Source: Flavobacteriaceae bacterium
GTDB lineage: Bacteria > Bacteroidota > Bacteroidia > Flavobacteriales > Flavobacteriaceae
Assembly: GCA_965224465.1 (NCBI GenBank)
Contig: OZ245049.1
Coordinates: 1,380,001 to 1,412,000 of the forward strand
DNA length: 32,000 nt
Reading direction: 5' to 3'
The translations under genes and the position numbers were made by a program. The notes beneath the pieces were generated by a model. It searched no databases and had not been told where the DNA came from. It saw only the letters and a program-made list of their open reading frames with translations. The stretch's first letter is position 1. Every line of letters starts with the position of its first letter. Below are positions 25,451 to 32,000 of this stretch, piece by piece.

Positions 25451-26860
25451 CTAGCCATTCAATTCCTTAAAATACTTGGTAGCAGCAGTTCTAACTTTAG
25501 GCGCTAATATCAAGGTAGAGATAATGGTTGGAATGGCCATTAAAGCATAGGCATTGTCAATTACATCAATCAGCATATCTAATTTTACTACAGAAGCACC
25601 TACAATACTAAAAATATAAAAATGGCGGTAATAACGACCAATTTTCGCATTGGTTAAATAACTCAAACAGGTAGTCCCATAATACGAATAGGTAAATAAG
25701 GTAGAAAAAGCAAAAATCAACACACAAATTAACAGGATTCCACTTCCAATATTATAGGGGAGTACTTCGTTAAAAGCGTCCAAAGTAATAGAAATTCCAC
25801 CTTTCTCTTTTTGCTCCCAAGCCCCTGTCACCAAAATAGCCAAGGCTGTTAGCGTACACACAATAATAGTATCTATAAATGGCCCTAACATGGCAACCAA
25901 TCCTTCACGGATAGGCTCTTTTGTTTTTGCAGTACCGTGCATCATAGGAGCTGTCCCTAAACCAGCTTCGTTCGAAAATGCAGCACGTTTAACCCCCGTC
26001 ATAATTAAAGCACCCAAGGCACCTCCTAACACAGCTTGCCCTGTAAAAGCATCTTTTATAATCAACATAAAGGTAGCTGGAACTGCCTCATAACTAATAA
26101 TTAAAATAGTAACAACGGCTAAAAAATAGATCACAACCATCCCTGGAACCAACTTACCAGCCACTTGACCAATACGTTCAATTCCACCAAATATTACAGA
26201 AGAAACAATCACAGCAATCACTATTCCAATGATTAACTTAACCATTGTTATATAGGTAATTGCAAATCCAAACACCATAAATAATATTTCTTTGTCTCTA
26301 GTTCCAGACAATTTAAAAACATCTATAATGGTCTGCGTTAACTGATTGGATTGAAAAGCAGGCATTGTTCCTATAAGCCCAGCAATCGCAAAAAAGGCAG
26401 CTAAAAATTTCCATTTTTCTCCAAGTCCTTTCGTTATTACATACATAGGACCTCCCTTTACATTTCCTTCACTGTCTTCTCCTCTGTACATAACTGCAAG
26501 GGTACAGGTAAAAAACTTAGTAGCCATTCCAACAATTGCACTCATCCACATCCAAAAAATTGCACCTGGTCCTCCCATAGCAATGGCAATAGCCACCCCG
26601 CTTATATTCCCCATCCCTACAGTTGCAGCAATAGCAGAAGACAATGCTTGGTAATGCGTTAATTGTCCTGGATCGTCCTTATCATCAAACTTACCTCTGA
26701 GAATATCAATAGCATGCTTAAAATATTTAAAAGGTATAAATCTTGAATAAATCAGTAAAAAAGAACCTCCTCCAACTAATAAAAAAACAAGAGGTGGTCC
26801 CCAAATCCACTTGTTAAACTGGTCCATATATAACGCAAAACTGATATCCATAAGTAACAT
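25451..26860 (-). CDS. Alanine/glycine:cation symporter (AGCS family)
   Basis: 469 aa and polytopic, with FNKWIWGPPLVFLLVGGG near the N-terminus and SNEAGLGTAPMMHG in the core, both typical of AGCS. The true start may be an internal Met (26851 or 26827). Confidence 0.85.
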   Translation of the reverse strand: MLLMDISFALYMDQFNKWIWGPPLVFLLVGGGSFLLIYSRFIPFKYFKHAIDILRGKFDDKDDPGQLTHYQALSSAIAATVGMGNISGVAIAIAMGGPGAIFWMWMSAIVGMATKFFTCTLAVMYRGEDSEGNVKGGPMYVITKGLGEKWKFLAAFFAIAGLIGTMPAFQSNQLTQTIIDVFKLSGTRDKEILFMVFGFAITYITMVKLIIGIVIAVIVSSVIFGGIERIGQVAGKLVPGMVVIYFLAVVTILIISYEAVPATFMLIIKDAFTGQAVLGGALGALIMTGVKRAAFSNEAGLGTAPMMHGTAKTKEPIREGLVAMLGPFIDTIIVCTLTALAILVTGAWEQKEKGGISITLDAFNEVLPYNIGSGILLICVLIFAFSTLFTYSYYGTTCLSYLTNAKIGRYYRHFYIFSIVGASVVKLDMLIDVIDNAYALMAIPTIISTLILAPKVRTAATKYFKELNG

Positions 26861-27020
26861 TTAATTTGAGGGGAATATAAAAAAAACTTTTTTATTAGAA
26901 CTACGAATACGACATTATCAGTAATCGATATATAAAGAGACAAAACAAACAAAAATAACTGCAAAAACATAAATTACACATAAAAAACAACGAATAAAAT
27001 TGTAGTATCAAAAAAAAGAA

Positions 27021-27028
27021 TACATTTG
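27021..27028 (+). promoter_or_regulatory. Candidate Bacteroidota -7 promoter box for the thr operon
   Basis: TACATTTG matches the TAnnTTTG consensus. ATTG lies 18 nt upstream, where a -33 TTTG would be expected. This is a sequence match only. Confidence 0.3.
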
Positions 27029-27032
27029 TTAC

Positions 27033-27125
27033 GTGCAATCAACTAGAAGAAATACAATCACAACTACAAACGTTACTCGTGTAACGTGTATTTCTATGAT
27101 TATTATTGGCACGATTACCCCATAG
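27033..27125 (+). promoter_or_regulatory. Thr/Ile-rich leader ORF upstream of thrA (candidate attenuator)
   Basis: The ATG at 27096 gives MIIIGTITP-stop. The same frame is open back to a GTG at 27033, giving (M)QSTRRNTITTTNVTRVTCISMIIIGTITP with 9 Thr and 6 Ile in 30 codons. The stop codon sits in the loop of ACCCC-ATA-GGGGT, which is followed by TTCATTT. Confidence 0.4.
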
Positions 27126-27228
27126 GGGTTTCATTTATACATATTCGTCCGTTTTAATATTCCGTTTTTATTTAATAAAAACAAGGGAATAACTCATCAC
27201 AATCATTTATTTTAATAAAAATTCAAAT

Positions 27229-29676
27229 ATGAAAGTTTTAAAATTTGGAGGTTCCTCAGTCAAATCATCCGAAAGAATCCAAAGAGTCATACAAATTGTA
27301 AAAGAAAGTGCTTATCAGCAAAAAGTAATCGTTGTGGTATCAGCCGTTGGCGGAATAACCGACTTATTGCTAGGAACTGCATGTACTGCAGCCAAAGGAG
27401 ACAAAGACTACTTGAACAGCTTAAAAGAAATTGAGAAGATACATCTAGATATCATCCGAAACCTCATCCCTATAAAATCTCAAAGTGGTATTTTAGGTCA
27501 GGTTAAAAAAATGCTCAATCAATTAGATAGTATCTTAGAAGGTGTGTATTTAATTCATGAATTAACAGACAAAACTACAGACAGAATTGTAAGTTTTGGA
27601 GAATTATTGTCTTCCTATATTATTGTAGAAGGCATGAAATCTGAAGCATTAAAAGCCATCAGAAAAAACACACAAGAATTAATTATAACCGATGCTAATT
27701 TTGGGAACGCAACCGTGCTATCCAAGCAAAGCAATGCAAAAATAAAACAATATTTTGACACCGAAACTGCAGATATTGTATTATTACCAGGTTTTGTTTC
27801 TGCAACAGAACAAGGAGAAGTATCTACTCTTGGAAGAGGAGGATCTGATTATACAGCCGCTATTATAGCAGCAGCATTAGACGTAAGTGTTTTAGAAATA
27901 TGGACAGATGTAAGTGGTATGTACACCGCGAACCCTAATATTGTAAAACAAGCATTTCCTATTGCATCTATCTCTTATCAAGAAGCCATGGAACTATCAC
28001 ATTTCGGTGCAAAAGTCCTATACCCTCCCACCATCCAGCCTGTTTTAGAAAAAGAAATTCCAATTTGTATAAAAAACACTTTTGATCCTACAGCCGACGG
28101 AACCATCATATCTAAAGTATCAAAAAACACCAACCCGATTAAAGGGATTAGTCATATCGATAATATGTGCATCGCTACATTAGAAGGCAGTGGCATGATA
28201 GGTATTCCAGGGTTTTCGAATCGACTTTTTGAGGCTTTGTACATACATAAAATAAATGTTTCTTTAATTACCCAAGCCTCTTCGGAACATTCTATTTGTT
28301 TTTCTATTGATTCCGACAATGCAGAAAAAGCAAAACAAGTGGTAGATACTGCCTTTGAATATGAAATTGATCAACATAAGTTAAAACCCTTGTTGATAGA
28401 AAAAGGAAATGCCATTATTGCATTGGTGGGTGACAATATGAAAAATCACCAAGGAATTAGCGGAAAAATGTTCAGTACTTTGGGTAAAAACAATGTAAAT
28501 ATTAGAGCTATTGCACAGGGAGCTTCTGAAAAAAACATCTCCGCAGTAATAGCGCACAAGGACATAAAAAAAGCATTGAATTCGCTGCACAACACCTTTT
28601 TTGAAAACCAAACCAAACAACTGAATTTATTTGTGGTTGGCGTTGGAAATGTAGGTGGAAAACTGATTGAACAAATAGCCCAACAACACAGCTATTTGGT
28701 CGACAATCTACAGTTAAACATTCGCATTGTGGGAATGGCAAATTCTCGAAAAATGCTAGTCAATGATGAAGGAATTAATTTAGAAACATGGAAGGGTCAA
28801 TTAGAAAAAAGCGACCTTGACTTTAACTTAGATTCGTTTCATAACCAAGTTCGTAAACTGAATTTACAAAACAGCATTTTTGTAGACAATACCGCTAACG
28901 AAACCGTATCAACTGTATATGAACAATACCTAAAGGATAGTGTAGCCGTGGTTACTTGTAATAAAATCGCCTGTTCTTCAGACTATTCAAATTACAAAAA
29001 CTTAAAAAGACTTTCAAAAAAATACAATGCACCGTTTTTATTTGAAACAAATGTAGGAGCAGGATTGCCCATTATAAACACCTTGAATAATTTAATTGAT
29101 TCTGGAGATAGAGTTCAAAAAATACAAGCAGTGCTCTCTGGAAGTTTGAATTTTATTTTTAACAACTTCACTACAGAGACTTCCTTTTACGAGGTTGTAA
29201 AACAAGCAGGCGTAGAAGGATACACAGAACCAGACCCACGAATAGATTTGAGCGGTGTAGATGTTGCTAGAAAAATACTGATTTTAGCAAGAGAAGCAGG
29301 TTATCAAATGGAATTGTCTGACATTCAAAACAAAACATTCTTAGGTCCAAAAGGATTAGAAGCATCTAGTATTGCCGATTTTCACGAAAGCTTAAAAGCA
29401 GAACCCGAGCATTACAACAAATTAGTTGAAACTGCAAATTTAGCAGGAGAACGCTTAAAGTATGTAGCAGAATTTAAAGATGGAAAAGCAAATGTAAGCT
29501 TACAATCTGTAGCTAGTGACCATCCATTTTACAACTTAGACGGAAGTGATAATATTGTATTATTCTTTACTGATAGGTACTCAAAACAACCCTTAATTAT
29601 AAAAGGTGCAGGTGCAGGAGCAGCGGTTACCGCATCGGGGCTATTTGCTGATATTATTAGAATCGGAAACAACTAA
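27229..29676 (+). CDS. thrA: Bifunctional aspartokinase / homoserine dehydrogenase I
   Basis: 815 aa. The N-terminal kinase starts MKVLKFGGSSV and includes GRGGSDYTAA. ACT regions follow, then a C-terminal HSDH domain (VVGVGNVGG...). It sits directly upstream of thrB and thrC. Confidence 0.95.
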   Translation: MKVLKFGGSSVKSSERIQRVIQIVKESAYQQKVIVVVSAVGGITDLLLGTACTAAKGDKDYLNSLKEIEKIHLDIIRNLIPIKSQSGILGQVKKMLNQLDSILEGVYLIHELTDKTTDRIVSFGELLSSYIIVEGMKSEALKAIRKNTQELIITDANFGNATVLSKQSNAKIKQYFDTETADIVLLPGFVSATEQGEVSTLGRGGSDYTAAIIAAALDVSVLEIWTDVSGMYTANPNIVKQAFPIASISYQEAMELSHFGAKVLYPPTIQPVLEKEIPICIKNTFDPTADGTIISKVSKNTNPIKGISHIDNMCIATLEGSGMIGIPGFSNRLFEALYIHKINVSLITQASSEHSICFSIDSDNAEKAKQVVDTAFEYEIDQHKLKPLLIEKGNAIIALVGDNMKNHQGISGKMFSTLGKNNVNIRAIAQGASEKNISAVIAHKDIKKALNSLHNTFFENQTKQLNLFVVGVGNVGGKLIEQIAQQHSYLVDNLQLNIRIVGMANSRKMLVNDEGINLETWKGQLEKSDLDFNLDSFHNQVRKLNLQNSIFVDNTANETVSTVYEQYLKDSVAVVTCNKIACSSDYSNYKNLKRLSKKYNAPFLFETNVGAGLPIINTLNNLIDSGDRVQKIQAVLSGSLNFIFNNFTTETSFYEVVKQAGVEGYTEPDPRIDLSGVDVARKILILAREAGYQMELSDIQNKTFLGPKGLEASSIADFHESLKAEPEHYNKLVETANLAGERLKYVAEFKDGKANVSLQSVASDHPFYNLDGSDNIVLFFTDRYSKQPLIIKGAGAGAAVTASGLFADIIRIGNN

Positions 29677-29679
29677 ATT

Positions 29680-30600
29680 ATGGAAAGTATCAAAATTTTT
29701 GCCCCTGCAACTATCGCTAATGTTTCTTGTGGATTTGATGTTCTAGGGCTCGCTTTGGACACGGTTGGAGACGAAATGATCATCAAAAAAACAAGCAACA
29801 AAGGGATTAAAATCACTAAAATTACAGGTCAGGATTTACCTTTAGAAACGCATAAAAATGTTGCAGGAGTTGCAGGATTGGCACTTTTGTCTGCATTAAA
29901 ATCTGACAGTGGTTTTGAAATCGAAATACACAAAAACATAAAACCAGGAAGTGGAATTGGCAGCAGTGCTGCCAGTAGTGCTGGAGCGGTATGGGCTATG
30001 AATAAGCTTCTTGGAAGCCCTTTTAACCCTACACAACTCGTCAAATTTGCTATGGAAGGAGAACGTTTGGCAAGTGGTGTAGCACATGCCGATAATGTAG
30101 CACCTGCCCTATTTGGTGGATTTACGCTGGTACGAAGTACAGATCCATTAGAAATAGTAAAAATACACACTCCTAACCTATTGTACGCAACCGTAATTCA
30201 CCCACAAATAGAAGTAAAAACATCCGATGCTAGAGAAATATTAAAATCAAACGTAACCTTAAAAGACGCCATTACCCAATGGGCAAATGTAGGTGGATTA
30301 ATTAGTGGATTGTACACAGAAGACTACGATTTAATCGGCAGATCTTTACATGATACCATTATAGAACCAATTCGCTCTATTTTAATCCCTGCTTTTGACG
30401 CTGTAAAATCCAATGCTCTTAAAGCAGGAGCTTTGGGCTGTGGAATCTCTGGTTCTGGCCCTTCTATTTTTGCTTTGAGCAAAGGGATAGAAACAGCACA
30501 AAAAGTAGCAGCATCCATGAAATCTGTATACGAAAACGTAGGCATTGATTTTGATATTCACGTTTCAAAAATAAATCAACAAGGGATCAAAATATTATAA
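29680..30600 (+). CDS. thrB: Homoserine kinase
   Basis: 306 aa with the GHMP kinase motif PGSGIGSSAASSAGAV and a start typical of ThrB (IKIFAPATIANVSCGFDVLG). Confidence 0.95.
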   Translation: MESIKIFAPATIANVSCGFDVLGLALDTVGDEMIIKKTSNKGIKITKITGQDLPLETHKNVAGVAGLALLSALKSDSGFEIEIHKNIKPGSGIGSSAASSAGAVWAMNKLLGSPFNPTQLVKFAMEGERLASGVAHADNVAPALFGGFTLVRSTDPLEIVKIHTPNLLYATVIHPQIEVKTSDAREILKSNVTLKDAITQWANVGGLISGLYTEDYDLIGRSLHDTIIEPIRSILIPAFDAVKSNALKAGALGCGISGSGPSIFALSKGIETAQKVAASMKSVYENVGIDFDIHVSKINQQGIKIL

Positions 30601-30611
30601 AAAATAAAACA

Positions 30612-31916
30612 ATGAACTATTATAGCCTAACAAACAAAAATAACAAAAGCTCTTTTGAAGATGCCGTTATCAAAGGAATTGCACCCGACAGAGGCTTGTA
30701 TTTCCCTGAAAACATCACGCCACTTCCAAGTGAATTTTTTAAAAATATAACAAAGTATTCCAACGAAGAAATTGCTTTTAAGGTGATACAACAATTTGTA
30801 GGAGACGAAATCCCAAAGTCTGTATTAAAAGACATCATCAAAGAAACCATCGATTTTAAATTTCCCGTTGTAAAAGTCGAAGATGCGATCTATTCTTTGG
30901 AATTATTTCACGGTCCCACCATGGCTTTTAAAGATGTAGGAGCACGTTTTATGGCGCGTTGTTTGGGCTATTTTAACCGTGATAAAAAAGATGAAAAGGT
31001 TACGGTATTAGTTGCTACTTCTGGAGACACAGGCGGAGCGGTTGCCAACGGTTTTTTAGGAGTAAAAGGAGTAGATGTCGTTATTTTATATCCCTCAGGA
31101 AAAGTAAGTAATGTCCAAGAAAAACAACTGACTACCCTAGGTCAAAATATTGTAGCCTTAGAGGTAGATGGTGTTTTTGACGACTGTCAAGAAATGGTAA
31201 AAACAGCATTTTTAGACCGTGAAATCACAGATCAGCGTACGTTAACCTCTGCAAATTCGATAAATGTAGCCCGTTGGTTGCCACAAATGTTTTATTTCTT
31301 TTTTGCTTACAAACAATTAAAGCACAAAGAAAAAGGATTGGTGTTTTCTGTTCCAAGTGGGAATTTTGGAAATATATGTGCTGGACTAATGGCGCAACAA
31401 TTAGGCTTACCTGTGCATCAATTTGTGGCATCTACTAATATAAATGATGTAGTTCCAAACTTTTTTAAATCAAAAAAATACACACCTCAACCTTCAAAAC
31501 AGACTATTTCAAATGCAATGGATGTAGGGAATCCAAGTAATTTTATTCGCATACAAGAGATTTTTAATAATGATTTTGAACAACTAAGCAAGCATGTTTC
31601 ATCTTTTTCGTTTGATGATAATGCTACGCGAAAAGCCATGAAAAAAATACACCATACTACAGGATATGTAGCAGACCCACATGGTGCAGTTGGCTATTTA
31701 GGACTTAAAAAATACATCCAACAACAAGATTTACAAGGAGTATTTTTAGAAACAGCACATCCTATAAAATTTGCTGATATTGTAGAACCTGTTTTAAACA
31801 TCAAATTAGACTTACCTCCACAAATTATGGAAGTAATTGACAAGAAAAAAGTAGCCAGTAATATTTCTTCTTATGAAGACCTGAAAGCTTTTTTATTAAA
31901 ACAAACAGTCGCATAG
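30612..31916 (+). CDS. thrC: Threonine synthase
   Basis: 434 aa. The PLP-lysine region reads ELFHGPTMAFKDVGARFMA, with TSGDTGGAV also present. It is the long-form ThrC. Confidence 0.95.
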   Translation: MNYYSLTNKNNKSSFEDAVIKGIAPDRGLYFPENITPLPSEFFKNITKYSNEEIAFKVIQQFVGDEIPKSVLKDIIKETIDFKFPVVKVEDAIYSLELFHGPTMAFKDVGARFMARCLGYFNRDKKDEKVTVLVATSGDTGGAVANGFLGVKGVDVVILYPSGKVSNVQEKQLTTLGQNIVALEVDGVFDDCQEMVKTAFLDREITDQRTLTSANSINVARWLPQMFYFFFAYKQLKHKEKGLVFSVPSGNFGNICAGLMAQQLGLPVHQFVASTNINDVVPNFFKSKKYTPQPSKQTISNAMDVGNPSNFIRIQEIFNNDFEQLSKHVSSFSFDDNATRKAMKKIHHTTGYVADPHGAVGYLGLKKYIQQQDLQGVFLETAHPIKFADIVEPVLNIKLDLPPQIMEVIDKKKVASNISSYEDLKAFLLKQTVA

Positions 31917-31942
31917 ACATTCTCTGAAATGCTAAAAAAACA

Positions 31943-32000
31943 ACACCAATTACAATCCAAAATAACCGATATAAATAGGTTGTTTTTAAACCGTCACTTG
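31943..32000 (+). repeat. Modular element, short form (R6), cut by the window edge
   Basis: ACACCAATTACAATCCAAAATAACCGATATAAATAGGTTGTTTTTAAACCGTCACTTG, 27 bp after the thrC stop. Confidence 0.8.

Noticed and set aside
26776-26970. A 64-aa minus-strand ORF upstream of the AGCS symporter.
   Set aside because: It overlaps the symporter start region in another frame and has AT-rich low-complexity sequence. There is no support for coding.
27164-27182. A perfect AT palindrome GTTTTTATT-T-AATAAAAAC upstream of thrA, considered as the attenuator terminator.
   Set aside because: The stem is all A/T and is not followed by a T-run, so it is unlikely to terminate transcription. It might be a protein-binding site, but I have no support for that.
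28381-30545. Antisense ORFs inside thrA and thrB (28381-28620, 28508-28741, 29829-30170, 29896-30087, 30324-30545).
   Set aside because: They overlap highly conserved housekeeping genes on the opposite strand and are typical shadow ORFs.

Overview
Low-GC chromosomal segment that looks like Bacteroidota, probably Flavobacteriia. The taxon call rests on gene content and protein style only, not on a search.

(1) 1-10.3 kb is a minus-strand surface-polysaccharide locus: wecB, wecC, wzx, a hexapeptide acetyltransferase, a Wzy-like membrane protein, two GT4 genes and a partial GT2. Two insertion sequences with recognisable target-site duplications have hit it. An IS1595-family element sits about 1 nt upstream of the wzx ATG. 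An IS30-family element sits between wzx and the acetyltransferase.

(2) 10.3-14.9 kb holds an unusually long ORF-free stretch, a small HAD-like gene, and a translationally coupled pair: a cNMP-binding/CBS/DUF294 nucleotidyltransferase plus a DnaQ-like exonuclease.

(3) 14.9-25.3 kb is a decayed accessory islet. It contains an orphan Rhs core fragment cut by an IS200/IS605 remnant, which is itself cut by an IS30 copy. It also holds a frameshifted lipoprotein gene, REP-like repeats with two RAYT pseudogenes, a small toxin-antitoxin pair with a broken toxin, an intact solitary AbiH-like gene, a REP array, an AsmA-family gene and a second, identical IS30 copy.

(4) 25.4-32 kb carries an AGCS symporter and thrA-thrB-thrC, preceded by a Thr/Ile-rich leader ORF.

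Two short repeat families are the most conspicuous unexplained structure. One is a modular ~74-165 bp palindromic intergenic element in at least 9 units, all in one orientation. The other is a ~70 bp REP-like element. I cannot name a confirmed novel system. The best candidates for follow-up are the modular repeat family, the AbiH-like islet, the sensor-nucleotidyltransferase/exonuclease pair and the putative thr attenuator.
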